Shown: positions 31,104 to 42,531, counted from the first letter of the stretch. The stretch is 64,000 bases of DNA from Paramoeba atlantica (GCA_977017575.1 CDRNVI010000043.1:496001-560000), one strand, 5' to 3'. A program made the numbers and translations. The notes: generated by a model not told the origin, from the sequence alone.

Positions 31104-34100
31104 TCATGAGGAGCGACGAAAGACTTGTCCATTAAGAAGATAATACATTTCTACAAGTCTCGCTTTGTTCACAGTATAGCTCTGCATCGATTTACCCGAC
31201 AGTTTGTTACCTAAACAGATCGGCTCATCGTTTAGACTTTCTAATTCCACGGTCTCAAGCGTACTAGAGCCGTCTACACATTTTTCAATGCCGGGTAACG
31301 CATCGGTTATAGCCGTGAGAAGTGACCTTTCCAAACTAATTTCCGCGCGTACGTACGCTTCTAAGATGAGGTTCATATCACTTTCATTCAAGGTGCGAAA
31401 CAAACCTGCAATTTTTGCGCTCATGGAAGCGAAATAGAATTTCGGAACAAATCCTAGTTCCTGAAAAATTCTTATGGAGAAAATAACTTGAGATGCCTCA
31501 AGCTCCATACGGAGTGTTGTAAGTCGCATCGCCATTGCACTAAAGAGCGTAATGCTCCAGAAAAAGTGTCGAATGTCACTGTAAAGAAATAATAACTTTG
31601 AAGTTTGTGATGCGTTGCATCGGGTCACTACCTTGCATACGGTTTCCTGCAGCTCGAAAAACCATGTCTCAGCATGCGGTATCTTTAACTCATGTATACT
31701 GGACAATACGTTACATAATGTATCAGGAACAAGTTGATCTGAAACGTCAAGTACGGATTTCCTCATGGAAGTCCAATCTATAGCTTTTACTATTTTTCTC
31801 ACGTCAATTTCTTTTTCAAAGTTTACCTGTGAGTTCTCAGTGGTACATAAGTAGGAAGCATTGCCATTATCCGGGTCAATAGTGCATTTCGTGAACAAGA
31901 GCAAGTTTTCAAAAAAGTCAGTGATGGCTTGAAGCCCCATGTCCCTTGTATTTACGCACGACAATCGCCTTAATAGTGGTTCTAGGATACCGACATCCTT
32001 TATTCCAGAAAGCAAGCATGATTTGAAAAAAATAGAGGCACTTTGGGCAGGTATATTCTCGCATGATTCAGAAGCCACTCTTGCAACAACAGTCGCTATA
32101 TTCCTGAAGCTTTTCAATCCGTCAAAATCTTGCTTTTCCGCAATTTGGTTAGGATGAGAACTATGACACACACGTGCGCGCACTGCTTTACATGTCTGAT
32201 CAATAATTTGCCCTGAAAAGGATACAGCAAGAAGTTGCTTTGCAAGCGACATCTGCGCGCCGTGTGCTAATATTTGTTCTGAAATAATTAAGACATTTCT
32301 GGTGGGGTATCCTTTCATTCTTGACAATAAGCCTAGAATGAGAGCCCCTCCATCAGGAGATAATTGATGCGGCATCAGCGCATTCATGCGGCGGGAAATT
32401 TGTAATAGCAGATCTGGGTAAGGTTTATGACTGGACTTCAAAACAAAGAAAAGTATAGCGATGTCGAACCCCGAAGCCTCTTTGACACCAAGGAGTATAG
32501 CTTTAGAAAGTGTAGCGGAATATTGACCCAAAAAGTCAGTGCCTAAACGGCTGAAGCCGTATAGAATTCCAATTATTTCGGACCACTGCATGGAAGAGCA
32601 CAGGACCTGAGTTCGGCGCATTAGTGACGGTATTATGTTCGAAAGACGAATTTTGGCCTTGAACAAAGATCTTGATATTACTCCTGCGGTCTCAATACTG
32701 TTCACACTGGGGGACCAAAACATGCTTTCGTCTGAATTAGTCGGCAATTCTGAGGCAAGAATAATCACATCCAAACATTGTATTACGTGTTTAGCGCTCA
32801 TGTAAGCCACATAACGGTGCACGTGTGGTAGAATTCTTCCTACAGACGTTACAATAGCTTGAGCATGCCTTGTGCCGATGGTTGCTCCTGTAATTAAAGC
32901 GCGCAAGAAACAAACGGCATGCTGAGCAATATCGATATTGGACGGAAAATCGATTATGATAGCCGTTACCGCTAATACAAATGAATTCACCTCCATTGCG
33001 AATTTGGCGTCCTCATTAATCAAACTCGAAGACAACAAATTAAGCTTTGTAACCTCAGTCGACTGAGACTTTGTAACATCTTTCGTCGTAGGCCTGCGAC
33101 ACAAAAGTATGCCGCTGGTCAAAACAGTGTCAATAATTTTGTCCAGAGTAGGAGTTAGTCTACCCAATTGATCCGATGTATAGAATCGAATATGTTCTAT
33201 GGCCTTCCTTAACAGAATAGGATAAGCAGAATTCATGTCCTCACCTTCTGCTTTACAATCGTCACCTGAATAAACCATTCTTTCTCTTTCTAAGCTGAGC
33301 ATACTGTGTGTTGTAGGGATCTTAACAAATTCTAGTATCTGACACAACATATCAGCATCATGGAATCCCAATCCCTGTGATGTGGTTAAGTCCTCAACGC
33401 GGCGAACACAAGCCTTAAATAGCGAAATGGGTATCCTTCGAGTGTATGTGCATTGCAAAAAGTTTTCGCTTTTCACTTGACATTGTTCGGAAACTTGCAA
33501 AGATGCTTCCGGACCATTATGTGTATTCCACTCATGCATAATATTTCGCAGCTGTACAGAAGATGCATTATAAACCGCGTAAAGCATTCTTTCTAATACG
33601 GGTTCATTCAACTGTGTTTTGTTGTCGTTCATGAACAAACTGGATAGTTCAAATGGCAAAATGCGTTTCATGGGGCCCACAAGGAGTTCCATGTCGCTGG
33701 CGGATATAAGAGAGTCAGCTTGAAGAAGTGAATGCGTACCCTTTTCCATATCACTAAATTGCAAGCACTTGGTTAATCTTTCGAAAACAAGCTTCTTGGC
33801 GGTTTCATCCCACTCCCCACGTGTGAAACTGACAAGAGAAATAATTTTAAGCAAAGTTGAAAGATCATCTGGCAACTTATGAACCATACTGTTGATAAGA
33901 ATGCGTAATAGTCTTTTGTCTGCTATCCCACAGGATAAATATCCAGTCATGACGGTCAAATGAACTTGCGGTGTAAATTCAGTTGGCCAAAGAGCACATA
34001 AATGCGGAAATATTTTCAGACATGGGATGTCTATATTAGATTTTGCTGACTTGCCTAAATACTTTAGAACTTCAGGATACCATATAGCTGGAATTAAGTT

Positions 34101-34787
34101 TCGCAGAACCTCTTCAGATGCAGGCAAAATGCATTCCGAAGCAACTCCAAAGATCACTTGCAATAACAAAAGCAAATACGGCTCACTAACTTTTGTCCTT
34201 CCCCACTGCTTCGAAATTCGTCCAATAAGTTCAATCGCAGTTGATTCCACTGTGGAACCTCCTCGTACTAGAAAAATATAACTTAACCACAGAAGTGTTC
34301 CCTGTACTTCAAGTTCGGGAGTCTGTTTTGCCTTTCCAAGCCAAACAGAGAAATACTCTAAAAACGCATTTGAGAGTTCACCCCTAGTGGAGAGAACAGT
34401 TTCCAGAATCAATAAAAACATAAACATCGATGAATTATTTTTCAATGCAAAGTCCAGTGTGTTAGATGTGATTCCAAAAGCGAGTTTATCAATGTCTATC
34501 TCCTCCATAATCAAAGGAAAAGCTTCAAGTGCTTTCTTGAGAAGTGCTTCCCCTTTTTCTTGTGTATCAAGACAGTGCTTGCGAGCACTGTTGTATGATA
34601 TGGGCATGCGTATGGGTTCATGCAACTTTTGTAAACCTTCTACAAAAAATGATATATCGGCGCCTGAATCAGCCATGCAGGGCAAGAGTGTTGCCTGCGC
34701 TGCCCGCAGCGAAACAAACCTATGAGACAATAAAAGTGCAATCGAAGAATCTGATTTTGCTCTCATGACTCCGATCATTCTCCTCAT
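31104..34787 (-). CDS. Large mitochondrial helical-repeat protein (FASTK/HPR-like repeats), putative RNA-binding
   Basis: Arg-rich presequence (MRRMIGVMRAK). The C-terminal half has about 35-40-aa helical repeats (EIIGILYGFSRLG, DTLCNVLSSIHELKI, DMNLILEAYVRAEI). Family call is inference. Confidence 0.55.
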   Translation of the reverse strand: MRRMIGVMRAKSDSSIALLLSHRFVSLRAAQATLLPCMADSGADISFFVEGLQKLHEPIRMPISYNSARKHCLDTQEKGEALLKKALEAFPLIMEEIDIDKLAFGITSNTLDFALKNNSSMFMFLLILETVLSTRGELSNAFLEYFSVWLGKAKQTPELEVQGTLLWLSYIFLVRGGSTVESTAIELIGRISKQWGRTKVSEPYLLLLLQVIFGVASECILPASEEVLRNLIPAIWYPEVLKYLGKSAKSNIDIPCLKIFPHLCALWPTEFTPQVHLTVMTGYLSCGIADKRLLRILINSMVHKLPDDLSTLLKIISLVSFTRGEWDETAKKLVFERLTKCLQFSDMEKGTHSLLQADSLISASDMELLVGPMKRILPFELSSLFMNDNKTQLNEPVLERMLYAVYNASSVQLRNIMHEWNTHNGPEASLQVSEQCQVKSENFLQCTYTRRIPISLFKACVRRVEDLTTSQGLGFHDADMLCQILEFVKIPTTHSMLSLERERMVYSGDDCKAEGEDMNSAYPILLRKAIEHIRFYTSDQLGRLTPTLDKIIDTVLTSGILLCRRPTTKDVTKSQSTEVTKLNLLSSSLINEDAKFAMEVNSFVLAVTAIIIDFPSNIDIAQHAVCFLRALITGATIGTRHAQAIVTSVGRILPHVHRYVAYMSAKHVIQCLDVIILASELPTNSDESMFWSPSVNSIETAGVISRSLFKAKIRLSNIIPSLMRRTQVLCSSMQWSEIIGILYGFSRLGTDFLGQYSATLSKAILLGVKEASGFDIAILFFVLKSSHKPYPDLLLQISRRMNALMPHQLSPDGGALILGLLSRMKGYPTRNVLIISEQILAHGAQMSLAKQLLAVSFSGQIIDQTCKAVRARVCHSSHPNQIAEKQDFDGLKSFRNIATVVARVASESCENIPAQSASIFFKSCLLSGIKDVGILEPLLRRLSCVNTRDMGLQAITDFFENLLLFTKCTIDPDNGNASYLCTTENSQVNFEKEIDVRKIVKAIDWTSMRKSVLDVSDQLVPDTLCNVLSSIHELKIPHAETWFFELQETVCKVVTRCNASQTSKLLFLYSDIRHFFWSITLFSAMAMRLTTLRMELEASQVIFSIRIFQELGFVPKFYFASMSAKIAGLFRTLNESDMNLILEAYVRAEISLERSLLTAITDALPGIEKCVDGSSTLETVELESLNDEPICLGNKLSGKSMQSYTVNKARLVEMYYLLNGQVFRRSS

Positions 34788-35201
34788 TTGCAGACAGAAA
34801 TGAAAGGTCACCATCAAAACTTCACCGAACGTCAGACTTAAAAGTCGATACGGACATTCCCCTTACAAAATATTTCCGTCATGCTTCGCGCCTTGCTGAT
34901 CATTAACCGCGTCAAAACTAATCGTAATGAGTTATGATCCAAAAATAAAAAATAAAAGCTTTTGATCTCTATAAACCCGATCTCTATAAATGCGATGCTC
35001 TACAAAAAATACCTTTGATGCGCCCCTAACATCAGCGCACTTAAATTAGTGTAGAACGGCAGTTTAACAAACCCCGCCATTCGAACTAGAATTGAAAGCA
35101 ATAAATAAGCGGATCCTAGCAAGTTAAAATGACAGATTCTTATGACACGGCAAGCAAAATGTCATCAATGGGTGATCTGAACACGCTTGCACATAAAGCA
35201 A

Positions 35202-37988
35202 TTAACACCTTTCAAAGACTTTGTACAGACTTTCCGTGGTTGCAATTCTCTGAATGATGAACGGCGTGCCATGTTCCAGTAATTTGTCGTCTGCGGCGGG
35301 GTTAAGTGATTGAAGTGGAAGCAATAGAGCTCCTGGAGGAGTGTAGCGACTCTTTCGAACCATACATAAAAATTCGTGTTGTAAGAATGAGTTCGAAACT
35401 TCTCTAAACTTTTGATAAGTTGGAAGATGACTTCCACAGGCTTTGCGACGATCACTTTCGGTACTCTCTTTCTCTCCAGCTAACCACAACGAGAGTGTCG
35501 TTATTCGAAACAGGCGTGCTAGACAGTTCGCAATGCACATAAAACATTCTGTTTCGTCAGGACTCTTTAATGCTAAAACTAAATTCTGAAGAAAAGCTGG
35601 AATGCACCCGGTATCCGGCCGGTAGGATTTGCATCCCAAAAGTAATGGTAAGCCAATCAATTGCGCACCATTTTCAGAAAATACGATGCCAAAATAGGAG
35701 GCGAGCATCTTCAAATGACATGAAAATGTTTCACAGCTCTCAGCTATAGCTTGCTCTTTGCACGAACTCACAGTTTTAGCGCCCTTTCTCAAAATTTCTG
35801 GTACGTCTAGCTCGAGGTTGATGCGCGGCCACCTACTCCAATAGATAAACACATGCTGAAAAGCAACGGATTCCGACAATGCGCTAACGTCTAAAAGGTA
35901 CAGTGATGTCTTGTATTGAAGAAATGCATAACACGCTGTTAGATGTAGGCTGGCGAGATTTTCAAATCCGACATCGTGCGTGCCACTTTGTCGAGAATTT
36001 TGTTCCAAACTATGTACAAATGCAGGTGAAAGTGAACCAACGAAAGAGCTGTTTCGCAAAATTTCATTTAGGACTGGACTCTTATCATCCTCAAATTTTT
36101 GTATAGCGTCTCGTACGCTAGTGAGAATGCTAGAGGGGTTCGATTGAATACTCCTGGGAAGAACGACGCGCTCTGTCCTTTTGCCCTTATGCTCTTCTTT
36201 AATCACAAGGTTATTTTCAGTATTTTTTGTGCTTGTAGGTGCGTCAGATTTGCTAGTAAGTGATTGCACGTGTGCGTCGTACTTAAATGAGCGATTCTGA
36301 AAGGCCAGAGGGACCTTTCCGGCTTCTGGTTCCTCGTCATCCCAATCATGCGGTACTTCTAGTTCATGAGGATTCATAGTATCGCTTTCGGATTCTGAAG
36401 CCTTAACTGTGTCCACTAATTTCGTAGCCTGACTTTCGGTAATATCGCCGTTTTTCGACTTGTCATTGGTTTTCTGCAAATATTTTTCTATTTCTCCTCT
36501 TTGAGCGATAGATCGATCAACATGGTGAGGAGCAAGAACTGATTTAGCTGTCGTCACCACGTCCGCGCTCTGCCTTCTCTCAGAATACAGGTTCTCACGC
36601 TCTTTGGGATGTAAATACTGCGGCTCCTTTGCGACCGTCTCAGGTTTTATATAAACTCGACTCGTATCTGGATCATTACAAACCTGTTCTGCGACCTCAC
36701 ATTCTTTGGCTTCGTCGTTCCGCGAATCGTTCGCACTACGCAAATCGATCTGCCTTGGTAAAGCTGCCTCACCAGAGATTTGACAATTCAAGGGATTAAT
36801 GTCCTTTCGTTTTTCTGTTGACGCAATAACGGTTTCAACTATAGTATCGTAAATAACTTGAAGAACCGTGTCTTCAAATAAAAACTGAACCTTCTGTTTC
36901 GTGGGATGAACATTCACATCTAAATAGTCGGGACGTATTCTCAGACAGAGGTACACGAACGGACGACACTTTCTGGGCAGTGTTCTCATATAGGCCTGCT
37001 CACAGCATCTACGTAAACAGGGAACTTGTACCCATCTACCATTGATAAAAAATATGAACGTCGCCCTCCGAGTCGTGTAAAACGGTCCCGACACAAGTCC
37101 TGTAAAGTGCATAATTTGGTCAGGCTCTAAATTTTCGTCTATTTCGTTCACTCCATTTTCTATATTCTCCGACTGAGTAGAGCGCTGTGCTGATATCTCT
37201 TTCTCGTTATCCCTTCCGGATATTGCAAGAATTTCATCCGCGAGTGTTCCTCCGTAAATATGTCGCAACACAAGCGCGGAAGTTTTCAGGCTTGCAGGAA
37301 CATGAAGATCGACGTGACGAGAGCAATCACCGGACCCCAGCGTAAACCCTTTCCCCGGATTCTGCAGCGCATACCGCTGTACAAGCTCTATCATTTTTGT
37401 AATCTCTTCTATCGTTCGAGAAAACGCACCCCTTCGTGTGGGGTAGTTATAAAACAGGTTTTCAATAATAAAAATAGTCCCGGAGCGGACTTTCTCCTCA
37501 GCAGTCCTGTGAGCCATAGCCGTTGGGGTTTCGCGACATTCGAGTAATTTGCCATCCCGGTACGTGCATGTGTACGCCATCGGACATGCCACTGTGATAG
37601 GTACCCTCTCCGTCCCCATTTGTGTGTCTGTTTTCAGCACCCTGGCATGACGGGTAATCATTGTAACATGGGCCACATAACTCATCGAGGCAATGGCCTC
37701 ACCTCGAAATCCGAATGTGTCCAGTGAGGTCAAGTCCTCCACGCAGCGCAGCTTGGACGTCGCGAACCGCTCCGCGACCAACGGAAAATCGTCCTTCGGT
37801 ATTCCGCATCCATTGTCGATCACTTTCAACATTTGCAGTCCCCCATCTCGGTACTGTATTGTGATCTGCGTCGCTCCCGCATCCAGTAAGTTTTCCAACA
37901 GTTCCTTTAGTGCAGCGCTGGGGGATTGGACCACTTCTCCTGCTGCAATACGATTGATAACGTCTTCAGGTAATTTCAGAATTGTCAT
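35202..37988 (-). CDS. MLH1: DNA mismatch repair protein MLH1
   Basis: VINRIAAGEVV, LKELLENLLDAGA, DNGCGI, TFGFRGEA, DVNVHPTK and the MLH1-specific C-terminal FERC. Confidence 0.96.
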   Translation of the reverse strand: MTILKLPEDVINRIAAGEVVQSPSAALKELLENLLDAGATQITIQYRDGGLQMLKVIDNGCGIPKDDFPLVAERFATSKLRCVEDLTSLDTFGFRGEAIASMSYVAHVTMITRHARVLKTDTQMGTERVPITVACPMAYTCTYRDGKLLECRETPTAMAHRTAEEKVRSGTIFIIENLFYNYPTRRGAFSRTIEEITKMIELVQRYALQNPGKGFTLGSGDCSRHVDLHVPASLKTSALVLRHIYGGTLADEILAISGRDNEKEISAQRSTQSENIENGVNEIDENLEPDQIMHFTGLVSGPFYTTRRATFIFFINGRWVQVPCLRRCCEQAYMRTLPRKCRPFVYLCLRIRPDYLDVNVHPTKQKVQFLFEDTVLQVIYDTIVETVIASTEKRKDINPLNCQISGEAALPRQIDLRSANDSRNDEAKECEVAEQVCNDPDTSRVYIKPETVAKEPQYLHPKERENLYSERRQSADVVTTAKSVLAPHHVDRSIAQRGEIEKYLQKTNDKSKNGDITESQATKLVDTVKASESESDTMNPHELEVPHDWDDEEPEAGKVPLAFQNRSFKYDAHVQSLTSKSDAPTSTKNTENNLVIKEEHKGKRTERVVLPRSIQSNPSSILTSVRDAIQKFEDDKSPVLNEILRNSSFVGSLSPAFVHSLEQNSRQSGTHDVGFENLASLHLTACYAFLQYKTSLYLLDVSALSESVAFQHVFIYWSRWPRINLELDVPEILRKGAKTVSSCKEQAIAESCETFSCHLKMLASYFGIVFSENGAQLIGLPLLLGCKSYRPDTGCIPAFLQNLVLALKSPDETECFMCIANCLARLFRITTLSLWLAGEKESTESDRRKACGSHLPTYQKFREVSNSFLQHEFLCMVRKSRYTPPGALLLPLQSLNPAADDKLLEHGTPFIIQRIATTESLYKVFERC

Positions 37989-38645
37989 GGCCTCAATGGG
38001 TGCACGAGCTTCAAGTGTTCATGTCGATATTAACGAGGATTAGCAAATACAGAAAAATAGCAAATACGGAATGTAATTGAAAAAATGTAATTGAAAGAAT
38101 GTAATTAAGCTCGAAAGAAGCTGTACGTAATGAAGCTCACAAGCTGATTAAATTTAAATAGGTTACGTAGATTTACAAGGTAATTTGAGTAGTTCGTGAC
38201 AATTGTTCAACACTATACAAAATATTTGCTCATGTAACGTAATACATGTATATCGACATTTGATTGGTATTTCTTTTAAAAAAGTAAGTCTCGATCCAAA
38301 GTCACCCCGATTGAAGAATCCCGTCTCCTTGAATTTGGGAAAACTCGACGAATAGGGATAGCGTCTGTTCACCTGGTCTATCTATGCGTTTGTACTGAAG
38401 CCCATAAATGTGCACATGTAAACTTGAACTAATGCTCTTTGCTACTCGGACTAGTTTCACTACTTTATAATTTTGTAACTGTAACTGACGGCTTCATCAG
38501 GCGAACTGTCGTTTGGGTCAGAAGAATATGTAAGTCGAATTCAAGAAATAGGTTCGGCGAAACCGTATCTCTTCGATGCGTTTCATTCCAAAGCAATAAA
38601 TCGTAATGCTCGTTATTAAACTTTTTTACATTGTTTCCATCCAAA

Positions 38646-39371
38646 TTACCGAATGGTGGGATCATCTGAGTCAACTACATTATCGTCTATTTGTCTTAAA
38701 TCATAAAGGGCCATAATGGGAAGCTTTGACAATTGAGCTTCAAGACACTTCTTTTTGTTCTCTTCCACGTTCCTCCTGTCACTTCCCCTGTCGACAACAT
38801 AAAGCGCACCTTTCAGCTGTATATTTTCCTTTTGCAACGCTTTCACGCCTTCCACAAGACTACTCCCCGTGGAGTTCACATCATCCAACCAGATCGCCTT
38901 TTGCTCTCCAGGAGCCGAATCCATGGAACCTTCCAACAGGCGTTGCGTGCCTGTTTTCTTAGCCTGCTTGCGCATATAAAGCAACTTTGCATTCTGAAGG
39001 TACGGGGATGAATTTATCAAGGCGTTCAAATGTAACGTTGCGGCCAGTTGGCTCACTAGAATGCCCCCGACGGTTTCCATGCCTACAATATAAAATGTTT
39101 CATTTGGTTTGATCTCACTCGCTGCACATATCCTAGGTAGGGCCTCGAGTAGCAAGTGAGATACCCTCGGGGCTACGTGGGGACAGAGTAGAGTGGAGGA
39201 CAAATTGAGAAGGTAGGGGAGTGTGAGTCCAGCGGTTGTGATGAAAGGCCCTGTGGTAACGCGCTCGGCTATGCGCCGCAAGACCCACTCGTAATCCTCC
39301 GATGTTGGGTTGTTGCTCGATAAGGAGGAGAGAATTTCGACACTGAGGTACGTTTCCGGGTGTTCATTCAT
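38646..39371 (-). CDS. Type I phosphoribosyltransferase, orotate PRTase-like (stand-alone)
   Basis: PRPP loop WLDDVNSTGSS, RKQAKKTG flexible loop, GMETVGG and YVVDR. Start placed at the ATG at 39371; the upstream ORF extension is low-complexity UTR or repeat. Confidence 0.7.
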   Translation of the reverse strand: MNEHPETYLSVEILSSLSSNNPTSEDYEWVLRRIAERVTTGPFITTAGLTLPYLLNLSSTLLCPHVAPRVSHLLLEALPRICAASEIKPNETFYIVGMETVGGILVSQLAATLHLNALINSSPYLQNAKLLYMRKQAKKTGTQRLLEGSMDSAPGEQKAIWLDDVNSTGSSLVEGVKALQKENIQLKGALYVVDRGSDRRNVEENKKKCLEAQLSKLPIMALYDLRQIDDNVVDSDDPTIR

Positions 39372-39509
39372 GCTTGTAGAATGCTGCGAATTCGTGCGGA
39401 GCCTAAAAAGATCAAATCGTTGGTTTTCAGAACCAAACTGTCTAAAAAATAGACAAAGCAATACGATGGATTGATATTGCGGTGTTTGTATAACTACCGC
39501 TCTACCCTC

Positions 39510-40058
39510 GATTATTGAAAAAAAAGTGAACAAAAACAGTGAAAATATAAAGAGGAACACAGTAATATAATAGAAGAAAAAAAAAAGGGGGCCCCGGTGG
39601 TCCAAAGCTGAAAAAAAAATTCAAAAAAATGGGGGGTCCATGGGGGTGGAGGGCGTATGTCGCGAATTTTTTTTCGAATTTTTTGCTTTTCGAAATCGAG
39701 CGTAGGGAAGTGGTAGAGTATACCGCGGCGATAATTTTCCACCCCCCCCCTGGTACGCGCGGGAGGGGTCCGACAAGGTCAAAAATTCCGAAATTTTTGG
39801 GGTGACCAAAAAAAAGTCTTTTTAGACCCAAAAAAAAGTAAAAATCTTATTTTTCCAAAATCGACTCCTAAAACGTGTTTTAGGAGTTTGGGACCTCAGC
39901 TACCATTCTGCGACTTTTTTTGAGTCAGATTCGCCTCCTACCCCTACTGGTAAGGCATCCAAAACGTCCCAAATTTGGGTTAAAATTTCACATTTTTTGG
40001 CGAAAAATCGAGGTTTTTACCCCCAAAAAATAGATTATTCATGATCTTTTCGCGATTT
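39510..40058. repeat. A/T-tract-rich dispersed repeat (probable transposon relic)
   Basis: 39945-40010 matches the reverse complement of about 61275-61350. Perfect 11-bp hairpin ACTCCTAAAAC-GT-GTTTTAGGAGT at 39864-39887. Similar tracts at 57190-57330 and 62130-62225. Confidence 0.65.
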
Positions 40059-40173
40059 TTCTTTTTTAGGCTCTTCGTTAAACGCGGCGGTAGTTTTCAA
40101 CGCGAAGCGCGCAGCATGTGTGACTTCTAAGTTGAAAACAACCACCGCGTTTACCGAAGAGCCTAAAAAAGAA
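40059..40173. mobile_element. 115-bp fold-back/MITE-like element
   Basis: About 43-bp inverted arms at 40059-40101 and 40131-40173 (TTCTTTTTTAGGCTCTTCG.TAAACGCGG.GGT.GTTTTCAAC) with few mismatches. Confidence 0.75.
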
Positions 40174-40398
40174 TAGATGGGTAGCGGAACTTACATATTA
40201 GTGTATAGTAACGCACATCACAGTGCATATTACATATTACAGTGCATATTACATATAAAACGTACTGAAAATATTAAAATATTCGTTAGTCCGAAAATGC
40301 TTCACAGGGAAACATCTGAGTCTCCGCAGGGGAAACGCTAAGCAATTATTCGGCGGTAAGAGCGGAAGAACAAAGTAAAAGTGGTTGCAAACTTTTGG

Positions 40399-42327
40399 TT
40401 AGGATTGGAATATGTTTACTTTTTCTTCAATTACTTGAAGGGGAATTTGGAACACTCGCGCTGAGGTCTTGAAACAATTCATTCCCTCATCTAAATTTAT
40501 TTTCGTTGCAATGTTCCCAGGATCCGCACACTGAGCAAATTTTCGTAACATTTTTAATGTTGTGAGGATGAGTTCCTGCTGGTAGGCATACAATTCAGAT
40601 CTCGAAATAGTGCCAGGACTCTGCTCAGTACGCCCCCGTAAAGGCTTTCCGTGAAATCCTGTAAAGGATAGTTTGTTTGATAGACTCCAACTAATATGCA
40701 GAAGCAGCGCTCTTGATATCTCCCATGGGAACCTTGCTATTTGACAGTTGGATTGCGCTTTGGTAGCGTAACTTTCAAACAAGAAATGTAAAAAGTTCGC
40801 CGCACTTACCCACGGCACATCTGATTGAAGCGAAGGCAAGTCAATGTCACGCAGTACGATGATTTCTTTGCACAAAAACTCGGCTGAAGCATAAACCGTC
40901 TGCACCGTATTATGCCAGACACCTAAATAGTGAGCAAGACGAATCAATCTACGAGCCACAACGCGTACTTCAGCCGCGTGGGTTTTGTACACAGTTTCGA
41001 TAATATCCTGAAATCTTTGATAAAGTGCAGAATCGATGCCGCTGTCTGACATGTTGTCTCCAATCCAATTTCTACATCCCCATTGACAAGTGATATCATT
41101 TTCGAACTTTGGGGGAACTGCTTCCGATAAGCGACGAATATCATCCTCTGTATGTAGTTTACCTAGCAATTGGGTAAATAATCGGATTTTATAGTTTTCG
41201 TCAGTGGTCACAACTTCATGAATTCTCTCCGACTTCGTCAAAAGTTCTAGTAGTTCTGGAATATCCATTCCGTGTGGTGCAATAATATTCGTATCATTTT
41301 CTTCTGGAAGATCTGCGTTCGTTTTTGTCAGAACAAAGCCTCGCGCGTCCGTCATTACCTTTAGGTGCGTCTTTCTATAGTCTTCAGCAAGTGTGTCAAC
41401 CTCGTTCTCCGAAAGACGACCTATATTATTGAGATTACAAGCAAGTGAAGTGTCTGCGCTCTCTTCACGGAGGAGGGCAGACGCATCGCTTTCCACGGCA
41501 GATAGAAGGGCTAGCGTGTCGCAAAGCATTTGCCTTCCATACTCTACGCTGCAAAGCGAAGCAATTTCTTTTCGGAGAACACAAACTAAGGACTTTCGCT
41601 TCGTGTCAGAAAGTGCATCTATTTTGATAGCTTTAAGGTAGGAGAGCATAATGTGGTAGGGCAGTGATTCCAACGGAGCACAGGTTTCTAAAGACTTTTC
41701 TTGATCTAAGGCATCTTCCATTTCTTTGGCCGCTTGCAACAGTTTTCCCAACTCATTGACTTCAAGCTGAATCAGACGCATGTACAATTCCTGGCATTCG
41801 GGTGCAAAACGTAAGGCTCTTTGTATCGTTTGTCGTATGTGTTGTGCCTCAAATGTAACTTTGCCTTGTAAAGATAAAGCTAAGGACCATAAGGCCGCGC
41901 AAGTTGGGTCGCGAGCGATCTCTTGTGCCAAAATTCTGGACAAGCGTCTGTGCCTCTTCGTGCGCAAAAGGTAGTTGCCATAGGCATGAAGGACATCTAG
42001 TTTTTTGCTTCGAAATTTCCCGAGACACTTCATATACAAGTGATCAATACATTGCCAGACGTACTGTCTCCACTTTTTCGGGATTCTCGTCCCAAGCTTT
42101 CGACTTTTCCGCCTTACTTTTTTGTCTAAACGCTCTTCCAACTCAATAGCACCCTTAAAGTCTCGCAGTAATGGCTTTTGACTCAGTCTGTAAGCGAATT
42201 CAGTGCGTTCCTCTATGATTCTCGATGCTTCATTCTTGCTCAAAAGCTTTGCAGTGATGTAGTATTCGATAGATGGTAGACTACTCTCAAGGCGGAATCT
42301 GATGCTTTCGTTTGACATCCCATACAA
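40399..42327 (-). CDS. UTP6: U3 snoRNA-associated protein 6 (HAT repeats)
   Basis: IRFRLESSLPSIE...SKNEASRIIEERTEFAYRL...AIELEERL N-terminal domain, then HAT repeats (ALWSLA, IQRALRFAPECQELY). Confidence 0.8.
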   Translation of the reverse strand: MYGMSNESIRFRLESSLPSIEYYITAKLLSKNEASRIIEERTEFAYRLSQKPLLRDFKGAIELEERLDKKVRRKSRKLGTRIPKKWRQYVWQCIDHLYMKCLGKFRSKKLDVLHAYGNYLLRTKRHRRLSRILAQEIARDPTCAALWSLALSLQGKVTFEAQHIRQTIQRALRFAPECQELYMRLIQLEVNELGKLLQAAKEMEDALDQEKSLETCAPLESLPYHIMLSYLKAIKIDALSDTKRKSLVCVLRKEIASLCSVEYGRQMLCDTLALLSAVESDASALLREESADTSLACNLNNIGRLSENEVDTLAEDYRKTHLKVMTDARGFVLTKTNADLPEENDTNIIAPHGMDIPELLELLTKSERIHEVVTTDENYKIRLFTQLLGKLHTEDDIRRLSEAVPPKFENDITCQWGCRNWIGDNMSDSGIDSALYQRFQDIIETVYKTHAAEVRVVARRLIRLAHYLGVWHNTVQTVYASAEFLCKEIIVLRDIDLPSLQSDVPWVSAANFLHFLFESYATKAQSNCQIARFPWEISRALLLHISWSLSNKLSFTGFHGKPLRGRTEQSPGTISRSELYAYQQELILTTLKMLRKFAQCADPGNIATKINLDEGMNCFKTSARVFQIPLQVIEEKVNIFQS

Positions 42328-42531
42328 TCAGTAAAAAAGAAATACAACGTAAAAAAATCCCTTTGTTCTAAGTAAAACCAGTCCTAAGTTCTAAAGTCCT
42401 GAGTTAAACCAGTCCCCCAGGTCTAAATGAAACGTTAGAATAGAGAGAACAACAATTCTTTCCGATCTCTATCAAGACGAATTCACAGTGTACCAATCTC
42501 TTTGTGGGATCCATAGTGTCTAATCACATCC

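Noticed and set aside
39372-39831. N-terminal extension of the PRTase ORF and ORFs 39502-39831 and 39512-39742
   Set aside because: Phe/Lys-rich translations of homopolymer repeat DNA.
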